Of a DNA stretch of 64,000 nucleotides, positions 1 through 13,285 are shown piece by piece. Numbering within the stretch: the first letter of the stretch is position 1; each line of letters starts with the position of its first letter. The notes under the pieces were generated by a model. It ran no database searches. It saw only the letters and a list, made by a program, of their open reading frames with translations, and was not told the origin of the DNA. The position numbers and the translations under genes were made by a program. Source of the stretch: Podarcis liolepis (lineage: Eukaryota); assembly GCA_965112155.1 (NCBI GenBank), contig OZ218099.1. One strand, given 5' to 3'.

Positions 1-907
1 CTGGGCTTGGGTTTTTATTTGATTACTTTATTGTTTGTTAGTTATTTGTTCTTTGACTGTTGTTAGTTGCCTTGAGAAAGTGTGGAGATCAATTATTCTA
101 AATCAAAAGGAAGGAAACTTGGGATCTGTTTGGGAGTGGTGACAGATTTGCCTCGAGCCTTGAGTTTATAAGGAGCAGCTCATTTCACATGCCATAAAAT
201 CAGTCCAGAGGACCTGTGTGTTGGGTTGCTTTTCTTGCTGTAAGAGAAGATTTGCTACTGTGTCACAAAAAATGACAGCAAGAAGGAAGTCTATACTAGT
301 GAACCACCTTTTCCCCCAGGGTGGAGTACCAAATTACACCTTGCAGCCTAAGAAAATGGCTGCTAATTATGATAGGTATGTGTGATCCATTTTTTCCTAA
401 TCAGTTTTGTAATGTGAATCAGCCAGACAACTTTCCCCGTGACTACAAGGGAGATTTAGGAATTATTTTCCATCGGAAGACATAATGTTGTTGCTGAGTT
501 TTGCAAGCAAAAACAGTGTTGGATTTGTGTGTAGTCCTTCTGTTTTCTTGATTAAAGTTGCTTGCAGGGCTGAGATAATTTTTTCTGGAGTGGGCGTTCC
601 ACAATGAAAGATCACGTTTCAGGTAGCATGACATTTTCTCCAAAAGGACAGCTCATCAATCAATCAATCAACTATACTTTTTTACTGTGAAATTGCAGTC
701 TCTTCCTGGCTCTTAGGGAGGTACTTGCCAAGCAATCAGGGAATTTTGCAATGCTCATACTGTTGTGAGTTAGCTATTTAAATTGACTGCAACAGCTACT
801 TAAATGGGGCAATCAGCAGTGCTATGCTGAACACCTCCTCCTCTTCCTTGACAAGGAGGGAGTGGATCATGTTGCACATAGTGTTGTGGATGACCTCATT
901 TTGAGTA

Positions 908-1133
908 CAGTGGTACCTCGGGTTACATACGCTTCAGGTTACAGACTCCGCTAACCCAGAAATAGTATCTCAGGTTAAGAACTTTGCTTCAGGATGAGAA
1001 CAGAAATCGTGCTCCGGCGGCGTGGCGGCAGCAGGAGGCCCCATTAGCTAAAGTGGTGCTTCAGGTTAAAAACAGTTTCAGGTTGAGAACGGACCTCCGG
1101 AACGAATTAAGTACTTAACCCGAGGTACCACTG
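908..1133. mobile_element. Tc1/mariner-superfamily (Tigger-like) MITE
   Basis: TIR CAGTGGTACCTCGGGTTA / TAACCCGAGGTACCACTG, TA on both sides; near-identical copy at 22250. Confidence 0.9.
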
Positions 1134-2316
1134 TATGTTGCTGCCACTTTAAAGATGACATTTTTGTCCCATTCTTTTTTCTCCTGACAGATTGCAGAAG
1201 TTGGAAACCCTTTTTTCATGAGATAGATAGTTTCATATGTCTCCTTTTTATGCCTCAGTTCTACTTCATTGTGTTTTCCTTTAGAGAAGTTATTTTTAAA
1301 AGGCGGTCTTTCTACCACATTTCTAACAACTTGAATAGTTTGTTTTAGATTGTAAGCTCCCTCTAAATTCTAAATCTGGTGGCAAGTAGAACCTATGCTT
1401 TTTTTTTTTAGCAAACCATGACAGAGTGTTGGGAAAGCAATAAAACCTATATTATGCAAATTTTCCGTATTCACATTTTTTTTTAATGAGCAAGACTTAC
1501 TGTGGACATATTTTTTTGTCTTTCTGGCATCCCAGCATGGGAAGCCTCACTCTCTACTGCAAGCACTTCAATTATATGATTGAAACAGTTAAATTTTAGA
1601 CCATTTTACACTTGTATAGCTCTCTGGTGAAAGCAAAGTTATTTACAAAAATAATTATGAAAAGGTCTCAAATTGATCCATCCTTATCAACTATGGTTTC
1701 ACTTTTGTTGCATTTTGGTGATTAGTTTCTGGTTCTAGTTTACTTTGTCTTTAGTTGATGTGTTGTCTCCTCTTGTAGGGAAATTTTCATTCTGTAATAT
1801 GATGCTGAAGCAAAACAAGGTCAACTAATAATAATTCTGTGACCTATATATCAATAATTAGGAATGACTCAAGTAAATTTTCAAGCAACAAAAGGTGTGC
1901 TACAGACTTGGGCTGTGGTTCTATACCCATGTGACATTAAGTCTCATTCCCAGTTCATTGGCCCTTCTCAGTAGACATGGGTTTTTCTGGGCGGATTGAA
2001 TACTGAACTATTAATCCTGAGAACCTACTTTTCTGTACTCTGGATATAAACCCTCATAGAAAATGAATGACTGGAAGGAATTAAAGTCTAGTGCTAGGGC
2101 AGTCTCTCCCCTCTGTGGCTCTAGCTGTGTTTTGTTGGAGGATGAGCTGCTGTTGATCTGATAGATTTGTCCCAAATACTGACACTTTAACTGAAAGACA
2201 TGAGAGTGTGATGTCTGTAACTTTAAAATGTTGATCTGGCTTAGTAGATTGCCCTTGGACTTGGGAAGGAGCAATAGAAACGAGAGTAAAATAAAAGTGA
2301 TAGGTCCCAGGAAACT

Positions 2317-2537
2317 CAGTGGACGCTCGGGTTGTGAACATGATCCATGCGGGATGCACATTCGCAACCCACAGCATTCGCAACCCGTGTCTGTGCATGC
2401 TCGGGTTGCAATTCGGCGCTTCTGCGCATGCGCAACTGCCGAAACCTGGAAGTAACCCGTTCTGGTACTTCTGGGTTTTGGCGGTCCACAACCTGAAAAA
2501 ACACAACCTGAAGTTGCTGTAACCCGAGGTATGACTG
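2317..2537. mobile_element. Tc1/mariner-superfamily MITE (diverged)
   Basis: cagtggacgctcgggttg ... taacccgaggtatgactg|ta; imperfect TIR, palindromic CpG-rich core. Confidence 0.75.
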
Positions 2538-3856
2538 TATAATGATGTCACAGTGTTCAAGGAGGTGGGGGAAATTGCAGCAGTAAAGGTTGGAAAGCTG
2601 CTGAGTGAGGGAGTGAGAAATTTACGCCTTTGAGGGTGCAGTAAACCTGGGGTCACCATGGTAGAGGCATAGGAAGAAATAAATGACATGAGCACCTTTT
2701 GTGATTGAAATGGCCACATCCAAATGGATTACAAGTGTAAGAAGAGTTTTGCTTAAACATTGGATGTGTATCCTGGATCAGCTAACCCTGTTGCTGTCTG
2801 ATAACTACTTCAGGATCAATCCCGGGTTAAACATCCCCAGTTGACGCACACCAAATAAGAGTGACCCCTTCACAGGGTGATCTGTGGCCTGTTAGCTCCC
2901 ATCTGGGCATATGGACAGAATCCTTCCCCTTGGGAACAGTTTACCAGGGTACCATGATACTTTCATTCAGAGGAGAGAGGGGATAAGGCTCCTTTCCACA
3001 CCCACACCCCGATTAGACTAAGGATCCAACCCAGTGCTTTTTTCTGCCAACAAGTTATGACAATTAGTCTACAGGAAAATTCCTCCCTGGCCTTGACTAC
3101 AACAAACAGTTCAGTCCACTGCAAAGTCATATGCGTATACACCATGCTTCCCTTCAGGCGGGGCCAAATATATACAGGTTGGGAGGGTGGGATGTCTGAT
3201 GCCGACTGCATTGCTGGAAGGCAGCACAGCCATCCAAATTCCCGCCCCACAGTCTGGCCTCTAATTGACCTGTTAAAATTCTGAAGTCTCACCACTCCCC
3301 ATGGCTGACTGATAACGCCTGCCAGCCAACCACATGGAAGGTTTTGCCTCTCCCCAGCTCACCCATGGAAGTTTTAAAGGTTTTATCAATGAAGGTCGGT
3401 GCAGGGTGCCAACATGGGTCTCTACAGATTACCAATGGATGAGGCACGGTAGAGATCTACAGTGCATGGCTAAGTTGAAGTTAAGACATTGATCCAATAC
3501 ATGACACACTCCTTGTGCTCTCCTGAAGAGTGAAGCAGACACAGCTATTTGCCATCCTGAGCCTGGGCAAGCAATTTTGTTCTCCTTCATAGAGTTTGAG
3601 GCTACAGTGTTTGTTTGAGCAGGTGCTGTTGCCTCTGCATCTTTGGAGATGGTGGCGAAGTCAATGGAGATGGCTCACTCTTGGACTTAACTCCAGCTGC
3701 CTCACCAGAAGGAGAGGCTTTTTTCCCTAACAGCAGAAGGCACCAGAGTCACATGAACAGATGATGACATTATGCTTGGGATAGTTGGTATCACAGGGGT
3801 GGGACACTCTCCTAACACTCTGGGGGCTGATTGGGGGCTGAAATGGGAAGGGGGTT

Positions 3857-3977
3857 AAGAAAATTCCTAGTGAAGGCAGCCCTGTATCGGGAGAGTTTTA
3901 ATGTCTGATGTGTTACAATTTTTAATATATGCTGTAAGCTGCCCAGAGTGGCTGGAGAAACCCAGCCAGATGGGTGG

Positions 3978-4025
<48 letters not shown>
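3857..4025 (+). mobile_element. L2-type LINE 3' end with (TAA)n tail
   Basis: gctgcccagagtggctggagaaacccagccagatgggtggggt followed by about 15 TAA units (3980-4025). Confidence 0.65.
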
Positions 4026-4280
4026 TTGTTTGGCCTTTTGGATCCCAGCCTTTGTTCTAGATCTCAGTGGGAGGTACTGAAAGCTCAGCCAAATCCTGTC
4101 TGTGTAGCCACACCATTTTATCTGTATATTTCCTGGTTTGGATTCCACTGATTTTTGTGATGCTAATATGGGACAAATTCTTTGGGAATTATTCTTGTGT
4201 CTACCTAAGTGAAACATTCCCCAGTATTACTACAGTGATTATATGTGATTATGTGTGATTTTCTCTTCTAACTTTGATAG

Positions 4281-4366
4281 GGTACTTTCCCACATGGGAT
4301 TGACATTTTGACTGCAGCTGATTATTTTGCGGTTGGAAGCAGAGCGAATTGTTTCCTCAATATAAG
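4281..4366 (+). CDS. TBCD: TBCD coding exon (first in window; probably equivalent to human exon 17)
   Basis: tag|GGT...AG|gtaag; translates [28 protein letters not shown], matching recalled human TBCD [28 protein letters not shown]. Confidence 0.96.
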
Positions 4367-5513
4367 GTAAGAGTCTCTAAATGTAAGCACCTCCTCTGCC
4401 TTATATTTATGGGTGACACGCAGATAATTTTGGATTTTAAAAAAGTCTTTCTTGTTCTACTTATGGTTGCACGGGAAATTGGAGAACATTGTGAACAATA
4501 TGTTTCTGCATTGTTCTGTGTGCGAAGACTGAGTGAAATTGGAAGTGCTTGTGTTCTTCACTATTTGTAAAATAATTTTAAGTAGAAGTCCATAGATATC
4601 CCTCTGATTTTTATGTTTAATAGGAGAGGCACTATTAAGGGTGCCACATGGTGTTTCCTTTTCTTTTACAAGAAATAGGGCATTTACCTACACCAAACTG
4701 AGTGGGGGGGGGAATAATTTTTCTTCTTCAGCGGGATGCCCTGGATTGTGAGGTTGTCCTTGGCAGCAGGACACAAATGTTGCTTACGTTATCTCAGTAA
4801 ATCTACATTGGGGCCAGGGGCCAAGCAGAGCCCTTTCAGATTACTATACTAGCCTCTTTGGGCGGAGGCTTCAAGTGGGATCGCAAGCACTGCCTAGGTG
4901 TGTGTTACCTTGAAACCCTAATTAAGAACTGAGTACAAAAGTAACATGATGGTGTGGAAGGAAAACCTGGTGGGAAAGGATAAGATGGTGGGCAATTCTA
5001 AATAAGAGGGAGCTTTAATGTAGATGGGACAACCTTATATGTCCTCAAGTTGAACACTGTGTTCTATATAGATATCTTTTATGGCTCAATTACCTGAGGG
5101 AGGGTTTCCAGAAACAAAGAGGGGTAACAGTTACCTTGAGTATTAACTGGTGCTAAGCTTCCTTGTCATGGTGGTGAATATAAATACCTGGGGAGGAAAT
5201 AGGATCCTGTTTGCATAATTTGGTTGGCGATTCCTTCCCTTGATGGATGCTCATAAGTGTTGTTAGCTAAGTACCTATACTGGGATGTGTTTTGCAGATA
5301 GTTTCCTAGTGCTTCTGGCATGGAGCTTATTTTCATTAGGGGTCTCAGATTTTCGGTTTGGTGGGAATGCCTTGGATGGCTTGACTGTGTTAGGATCTAG
5401 GCAGAAAGGAAGACATTTGACATTTCTGGAGTTTTCTTGCAAAACTGACAGAAGTCACTCCTAGTGAATGTGATCAAGGAGAATAGCCAGTCTATGGTGT
5501 TGTTTTCTTCTTA

Positions 5514-6005
5514 AGAATGTAAGACTATAAGGAGAACCCTGCTACATCAGGCTAAAGGCCCATCTAGTCTAGCATCTGTTCCTACAGTGACCATCACAAC
5601 CCCAAGATCTCTTTCCTGCCCAGTCATTGCCACTTCAGACCCCATCTTCATATATGTGAAGCGGGGATTTTTTAGAGTGGTCCTTTTGGAACTCTTCACT
5701 TACCTTGTTTTGTTTTTACCACCCTAAATAACTTTTTGCCACCAGCACATCTCACCATCTTGATATGAACCAAGTGAAACCCCTAAATATGAATCAAGTG
5801 AAAAAGTGCCAGTTGCAATACAGATCCTTGGAGGAACCCCTTCCAAGAATACAGTAGTCAAGTTATAATAAGTGTGCTTTAACCAGTTACTGATCAGTAA
5901 GAGGACTTCCCCCTCTCTCTATCACTACTACATTTGCTCAGGAATCTTTGTTGAAGGGCTTTGCTAAAAGCTTTTTGAAAGTCCAAGTAAACATTGTCTC
6001 CTGGA
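5514..6005 (-). mobile_element. Degraded CR1 LINE fragments
   Basis: Reverse CR1-like 3' end (aggcccatctagtctagcatc) and reverse YLDFQKAF RT motif (aagctttttgaaagtccaagta). Confidence 0.65.
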
Positions 6006-6351
6006 TGACGTGTGCCTGTCCATATGTGTGCTGATGCTCTTGTTCTGGGTGTCTCAGCCTATGCTTAGTATGTTTTCCTTGGGAAAATGGGAGTTTCCTA
6101 GAGTGAAGGTGCTGACAGTGATACTTAAAATGATAGCAAGGCTGAGCTCCTTGGTAACTTCATGTGGTGAGGTTGGGCTGCTACCATTGCTAGTATTTGA
6201 CTGTTCCCTCAATTAACAACAAACGAAGAAACAAACACCTCCCTGCATATAATAAACTAGCAGAGGCTGTGAGCACACTATACCTTTAAAGCACATTCCA
6301 GAAATCTTTGAGGGGAACAGTATGCTTCGAATGTGCTTTAAAGGTATAGTG

Positions 6352-6671
6352 CAGGGGTCAGCAACCTTTTTCAGTCGTGGGCTGGTCCACTGTCCCTCAG
6401 ACCATGTGGGGGGCCAGACTATATTTTTTTGGGGGGGTGAATGAATTCCTATGCCCCACAAATAACCCAGAGGTGCATTTTAAATAAAAGCACACATTCT
6501 ACTCATGTAAAAACACCAGGCAGGCCCCACAAATAACACAGAGGTGCATTTTAAATAAAATCACACATTCTACTCATGTAAAAACACGCTGATTCCTGGA
6601 CTGTTCATGGGCCGGATTTAGAAGGAGATTGGGCCGCATCCAGCCCCCGGGCCTTAGGTTGCCTACCCCTG
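6352..6671. mobile_element. hAT (Charlie-like) MITE
   Basis: CAGGGGTCAGCAACCT ... AGGTTGCCTACCCCTG with perfect 8-bp TSD GTATAGTG; internal duplication of about 70 bp. Confidence 0.92.
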
Positions 6672-6685
6672 GTATAGTGTGTGTA

Positions 6686-6697
6686 CACACACACACA

Positions 6698-6750
<53 letters not shown>
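6686..6750. repeat. Compound (AC)n(AG)25 microsatellite
   Basis: Read directly. Confidence 0.95.
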
Positions 6751-6753
<3 letters not shown>

Positions 6754-8081
6754 ATATTAATGTAGCCCCCTTCTGGCTCTGCTTGTTCATTGCATGCAGG
6801 GGTTTTGAAAAAGCAACATGGGGGAGCGTTAAAAAATATGACCCCCCACTTACTGTCTGAAGTAGTATAGTCCAGAATTCTACCAACCCACTGTGTTTAC
6901 TATGCGTATCTGTTCTAAACCAAATGTTTCCTGTACATCAGCTTTGAAGAATATTCTTAAGGCCAGCAGAACCATATGAATTAATGTGCTTACTGAGTAC
7001 AAGTCAAGTAATGGTGAACTGAAGGGAGGCTGGCAATTTGCAGGCCTTGAAGAAAGTAGCTTGTTTAGGTATCTACGGTGTGAGCATACTTTGTTTTTGT
7101 TACTTACTCAGTTTCTAAATTACCTTTTTTATTGTCCCTTTCATCCTTAAGCTGTTCAGCCCACACTCTTCCATGGCGCTCCACCCTCCCTTTAGTCTTT
7201 GCTTTTTTTTTGGTACACACCTTCCTCCTACACGCAGCCAATTTCCCAACTCTTTTCTATAGCAAAACAAAAACAAGGAAATGTGATGGGTCCGGAAGGC
7301 AGTTCTTTCCCATTTTTCTTATGTACTTTCGAGTTACCGGATGAACAGGTCATAATTGGAGGATTGACTAGGTTTGAATTAAAGTACAAATGTCCCATTC
7401 CATGGAGAAAACTGATCAGGGCCTTGATTGTAAATTATTTTTTTCCATGACTCATAAACAATCAGTAATTTTAGAGGGTTTGGCCTACTGTAAGGTATGC
7501 TATCCCTTCTCTTGCATCTGTGAACTGTGTATGTTTAGCTACACAGATTCTTGTTGCATAAGCATAGGCTTGCAATACGTCATGTATGACATGTCCTGGT
7601 TTCCAGGTGTCAAAATGGCGTCGGGGGGAATTTTGCCTACTCGGCAAAATGTCAGGGAAAACCCAGATGTATGGCAACGTATGGAAAAAGCAGCAGAAAC
7701 AGCTCCAAAAGCTTAAAATCACTAATTTTGTTTGGGGGGGTTCCCCAATTTGGATTTGTTCCCCCAAAAAGATGAACAACCTTGTGGGTGTCAGGAATTT
7801 TACTTTTTGAAAATGGCAATCCTACACAAGCAGCCCTGCCATGAAATTTGGTTGATACAGGCTTATTTACAGTATGTTTCAGGGATACTAGGATAGGTTA
7901 TTCTGCCTTAGCACAAAATGTTAGACTGGGAGTCCTTCAGACCTTAAAATATCCATGATTTTTAGTTTACTCTTTCCATATAGTGCTGTTTAATTAATGG
8001 AATGATTCAGTTCTATCCATAGATATTTATCTTGCTAATTTAAACTTTTCAAAAATCTAAGTTGGTTAGCATTTTTACATA

Positions 8082-9524
8082 CCGTATTTTTCGCTCTATA
8101 ACACGCAGATTTTTGCTCCTAAAAAGGAAGGGGAAATGTCTGTGCGTGTTATGCAGCGAATGTGTGTCCCTGGAGCCGAAAAATGAGGCAAAAATCAAAC
8201 CGCGCTTCAGGGAGAAGGGAGCTCCGTGAGAGAGGAAGTGGCAGCTTTCCTGCATTCTGTCTCAGGGTCTTACTGCCCACCCTGCTCTGTTTCGTTACTG
8301 TGTTTGCTCAAACGGAACAAAGAGCAGGGAAAGCCCCTCCCCTCCAGGCAAGAAGAGAGGAAAGGAAAGGAAAGGATCGTCCTTCCTTCTATCCTCTCCC
8401 TGCTCCGGAGGGAACAATGTTTGTGAAGGGAAGAGAGATTACAGGTTCGGCTTAAAATTCTGATTTGACTTCCTGCTTTTTGTTTTTGGAGACACACAGC
8501 ATTCAAATATGCTTTCTTCCATTTAAAAGGATGAAATCCTTAAACAGTGTTTTGCCTGTAAATTCATGCGATCTGGAAGATTACAGTGTCTGTACCTCTT
8601 AAGGGATGGCAAAGCTTAGGTTTCGCTGCTAAATAGTTCTTAATGCAGTTAAAATGCTTTCTTCTGTCATGCTGGTGGGAGGGAGAGGGAGAGAGAGAGA
8701 GAGAGAGAGAGAGCGCACGCTGGCTGGCTTGGGTGGGTGGGTGGGGGGAAACTTTTGCCTTCCTTTCCTCACGTTATAGCCCTCTCCTGCATTCTTAGCC
8801 TTCTGTGTTTTTCCTTCCCTCCCCACTTAAAATGTGGTTACAAAGCATGGATCCACATGGATCCTCAGGATCTTTGCATTGGGTCACCCCAAATTCACCA
8901 TCAGAGCACACAGCATGTCCATGGCTACAGCCTGCCCCCCCCCCAAAATCACACACCCATTGTTGCCTGGGGCTGCAATGGTGCAAAAACGTGGTTACAA
9001 AGCATGAATCCACATGGATCCTCAGGATCTTTGCATTGGGTCAGCCAGAATTCACCATCAGAGCACATAGCATGTCCATGGCTACAGCCTGTCCCCCCCC
9101 CCAAAAAAAATCACGCACCCACTGTTGCCTGGGGCTGCAATGGTGCAAAAACGTGGTTACAAAGCATGGATCCACATGGATCCTCAGGATCTTTGCATTG
9201 GGTCAGCCAAAATTCACCATCAGAGCACATAGCATGTCCATGGCTACAGCCTGTCCCCCCCCCAAAAAAATCACGCACCCACTGTTGCCTGGGGCTGCAA
9301 TGGTGCAAAAACGTGGTTACAAAGCATGGATCCACAGGGATTCTCAGGATTTTTGCATTGGGTCACCCCAAATTCACCATCAGATCACATGTCTGTGGCC
9401 ACAGCATGAAGCACAAAAATGATACGTCCACTGTTTCATTCAGAATATTTTTTCCCTTGTTTTCCTCCTCTAAAAACGATGTGCGTGTTATGGTCAGGTG
9501 CGTGTTATAGAGCGAAAAATACGG
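8082..9524. mobile_element. TA-flanked non-autonomous DNA transposon (CCGTA TIR, Tc2/pogo-like) with internal tandem array
   Basis: ta|CCGTATTTTTCGCTCTATAACACGCA ... TGCGTGTTATAGAGCGAAAAATACGG|ta, 26-bp perfect TIR. Confidence 0.9.
8834..9408. repeat. About 160-bp tandem repeat, about 3.5 copies, inside the MITE
   Basis: gtggttacaaagcatg recurs at 8834, 8991, 9153, 9313. Confidence 0.92.
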
Positions 9525-10079
9525 TACATTCTTGGAGGAGAGCTGAAGGTTCTATTTTCTTTCACTTTCTTTTTTTGATGGCCAGTTCTTAATAATGTTG
9601 ACTATGACTAATGAAATAGCCTTATTTTACTAAGCAGTAGAAATAAAATAGCAAAAAATACCAGGTTCTCTGTTATGTACCCCAGATAAGCCAGAGAAAT
9701 GACTAATTTCCCTCCCTGATTAAACATCTCTACCCACCCCCAGCAATAGCCATGATGCTAATACTTTCTCTACAAAAACGTATTCACACTTCATTTTAGC
9801 CAGCCCCTTTACTTACATGCGTTTTTAATATAAAGTTAATTTCAGCATTGGCTTTCATAATGCTGTGTTGGTTAAAAGCAGTATATTAGTATATGTTTGG
9901 GATGAGATGGCAAACATAAATGAAACGCTTATATGTGTCAATCTTGACTTCACATATATGTCTATTAAATTCCTTCCTTAACTTGTGCCACGACAGGTAA
10001 GCCTTGGACAGTTTGGGGTTATTGGGTTCTTTTTGAAATTGACTTTGAAATAACTTTTGGAGGAAATTTCTGTTTGTAA

Positions 10080-10187
<108 letters not shown>

Positions 10188-10578
10188 TAAGTTTAATTAT
10201 GTTAATATGTGGGGATTTTGCTCAGAAAAGTATAGCTGATTTCTAAATTAATTCATAGTGAGACTGCTTTTATTGTTTTCAATTTGTTGTTATAATTTGC
10301 TAACATTTGTTGACTTTCACCTATAGCTGATAAAAATCAGGTGTGATAGTGAAACTTGTATCTTAATTATTAAGACTGGAATAAGTACAAGTACTTAAAT
10401 GTGTTGTTTTGACCCTAAGAAATGAGATAAGCCTGTGGTTCAGATGCAGCAAGGAACCATTTTTACCTGCCCTGTCAACAAGCAATTGTGAGCCTTGAGC
10501 TCATACATCTTCCTTTCCTCTCCTGCTCACATGAGGAGCCACAGTTTGTGAACCTAAATTGTTCTCTATCATTTAAGC

Positions 10579-11107
10579 CAGAGGTTTTCAACCTTTTGGA
10601 GTCCATGGCTCGCTTGACCAACTACCTTCTTTCTGCGGCACCCCTGTGGGGCTCAGGATCCCAGTTATGTCACCCCTTGCCTGCAGAGCTGGCAGCCTCT
10701 TATCCTTTTTCAAACACCCTCCCTTGTGGAGTTCCCTCAGCCTCCTCCCCTTTCCTTGGGAGTCCTCTGGGCAGCCACTGCTGCCACCCCTGGTGTCTGA
10801 GCTGCCCCCCTCCCCAAAGAGAGGTGCCTTCTCATGCCACCCCACAGGGGCCTGGGCAGAGAATGACCCCAGATGGAGACTGGCTAGAGGTGGACATGAG
10901 GCCAGCACCTTATCTTGAGAGGCAGCAGGGGCAGCAGCAGGGCTGCTGCAACAAACAGCTGTGCAAGCCTTTGGGAGGTAGAGAAGCAAGAAGGCATTAA
11001 AGGAGGGAGGGAAGGAAAGAAGGACAGAGGCCAGTGTTGCCTGTGGCACCCCTGGTCATCATTCAAGGCACCCCAGGGTGCCGTGGCACAATGGTTGAAA
11101 ACCACTG
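10579..11107 (+). mobile_element. hAT non-autonomous element
   Basis: TIR cagaggttttcaacc / ggttgaaaaccactg; perfect TSD ATTTAAGC. Confidence 0.92.
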
Positions 11108-11356
11108 ATTTAAGCAAATCACAGTTCCCTAAATTCCAATATCACAGGGAACTGGGATTCCTTTAAAATCAGGAGCAGAAGGTTCTGCCTCTTCCTTTGC
11201 CAAGTGAAATAGGAGAGGGATAGGGAGCATGCGGGCCCAAGGCTCATTCGTGTTGTAGGAAGCCATACTATCTCCCATTCTGGCCTCCTGGGCGCCTAGT
11301 GAGGTTAGCACTGCCTATTATCTCGAGGCAGAAACTTTGCTGCCTCCTAGGAACTT

Positions 11357-11423
11357 GCCTGGCATGCTCTGGTCCATGGGGTCACGAAGAGTCGGACACG
11401 ACTTAACGACTAAACAACAACAC
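11357..11423 (+). mobile_element. 67-bp 5'-truncated BovB tail
   Basis: ctctggtccatggggtcacgaagagtcggacacgact...caacaac matches the end of the 61030-61499 element; TSD AGGAACTT. Confidence 0.85.
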
Positions 11424-11617
11424 AGGAACTTTTATTGATTATGTTCCTGAAAGCAGCTTCAGTTTTAAGTTCCTCCCTTTAGCTTGAAGCAGCAGCACTG
11501 GAAATGTCATTACTCGTGAACTAGGTGTTTTTAGTTCATATGCCAGCCTTATAAGCACATCTGCTGCATGCTTCCCACCCCCCACCTCATTCTCTTCCCC
11601 ATCTCTCAATCTTTCAG

Positions 11618-11691
11618 TGTTATTCGGGATCTTTCAACCAAAGCTCTGCATAATATCACACCACAGGCTCCAGAATATATGGCAAACGAAG
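11618..11691 (+). CDS. TBCD: TBCD coding exon
   Basis: ttcag|...|gtgag; [24 protein letters not shown]. Confidence 0.94.
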
Positions 11692-12221
11692 GTGAGTGAA
11701 AACAAGTTTATAATCTAAAGCACCTAGAACATTACTGCAAAAGCCCTTAATCCTATGTGCCTAATAGAGAAGCAAACTGAATATTTCTAGCAACCAAGGT
11801 AATTAAGTATCTCTAACAGAGAAAGAAATTTATCCTATAATGGGTTAAATGTATATACAGAACTCATTGTCTTAAGAGTTATGTTAACACACTGCAGGCT
11901 TTTTGTGGCATTAGAGCAGAATACAAGCTTAGCTTGTGAAAAGATTTTGTATTTAGCATATGGAGAAATGTGTTAACTTCTTTGGGAAATTAAACCAGGG
12001 AACTTCAAATGCTAGTCATTTACATACTTTTGCAAACTTCTCAATGTATGTAAAATGAATTCAAGATAGCATTATCAAACGTGAATAGTAAGTGATAGCT
12101 ATTACTCCCTTATTGTCATTTTATTAGGGATCCAGCATCTAGTCTTCAGACTGGAAGGGGAAAATTTCATGTCTGTTTGCCCTTTTAAATTTGTAAGTTA
12201 TTCATGTTTAATCTCTTGCAG

Positions 12222-12339
12222 TTTTACCAAAACTGCTGCCATTGGCAATTGGCACAGATCTTCATACTCGCCACGGAGCAATTCTGGCCTGTGCTGAGAT
12301 CACTCACGCCTTGAGTAAACTAGCAGAAGAAAATAAGAG
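12222..12339 (+). CDS. TBCD: TBCD coding exon
   Basis: tgcag|...|gtaaa; (V)[38 protein letters not shown]. Confidence 0.95.
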
Positions 12340-12825
12340 GTAAAAAGACAAAATCATTACTGCATTGTTTTTATACATACTTTTGAGACTGTAGTGAAAC
12401 ACAGTCTATAAATTGGGTCAATAAATAAATAAGGCTTGGAACATAGATGAATTCTTGTTGACTATCATTTTCCCCAATGCATTATGGTACAGTTCATATT
12501 GGCATTTAAATTCTGCATATTAGAGACTACTATGATCAGAAAGAAAACGAGGGTAGTAGAAAATTAAAGAAGAAAAAATAACATCATACTCTTCTTATCT
12601 ACATCAGTGGTTTTCTTCACTGTGGGTGGCATTTACCAGGGTGCATTAATGTGCCTCGGAAATATAATGTGAATTAGCTGGAACTTCTTTCAGTGAATTA
12701 GCTAAGAGATCTAAGAAAACATAAATTCACCTAGGAAGGGAGTTAAAAGCTAGAATTGTTAATATTTTAATGGCTATAAATATATTCAAGAGCTTTGGTT
12801 ATGAAACAGGTAATACTAGATAAAC

Positions 12826-12947
12826 TAAGGTTACCAGATGTCCCCGTTTCCCGGGGACAGCCCCCGGATTTACAAATCAGTCCCCATACAAAATCCATTG
12901 AAGTTGAAAAGTGTCCCTGGATTCATTGAAAAAATCTGGTAACGTTA
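12826..12947. mobile_element. hAT (Blackjack-like) MITE
   Basis: TIR TAAGGTTACCAGAT / ATCTGGTAACGTTA; TSD agataaac / aaataaac (7 of 8). Confidence 0.82.
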
Positions 12948-13224
12948 AAATAAACTTACTAGTCAATACATGATGATCTCACAGGTAATATGGGAAGAAA
13001 TGCCTAATGTTGGTTTGGACGGTTGTGTGACATCTGTCAGGGACGCTGGTGGCTTTAGAAGTTTGACTGACACCTTGGTTTTCAGAGAGAAGAAAAAGCA
13101 TCTATACTTTCCAATTAATGTCTTGCCACTGGCAGATAGGTTTCTAGGACTCCCTCACATGTGACAGAAAGAAACTCATATAGTATTCCTCTGATGCTTT
13201 CTGTGGTGGCTTTTAACTTTGCAG

Positions 13225-13285
13225 ACCCATTACATCATATTTGGATGAAAAAGCCTTGGAAGGACTTAAACAGATTCATGTGGAG
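13225..13285 (+). CDS. TBCD: TBCD coding exon
   Basis: tgcag|...|gttgg; PITSYLDEKALEGLKQIHVE. Confidence 0.93.

Noticed and set aside
2081-2719. 212-aa minus-strand ORF
   Set aside because: Runs through a MITE; no recognisable protein motif
8737-9510. 257-aa and 205-aa ORFs
   Set aside because: By-products of the 160-bp tandem repeat; no recognisable domain or splice context
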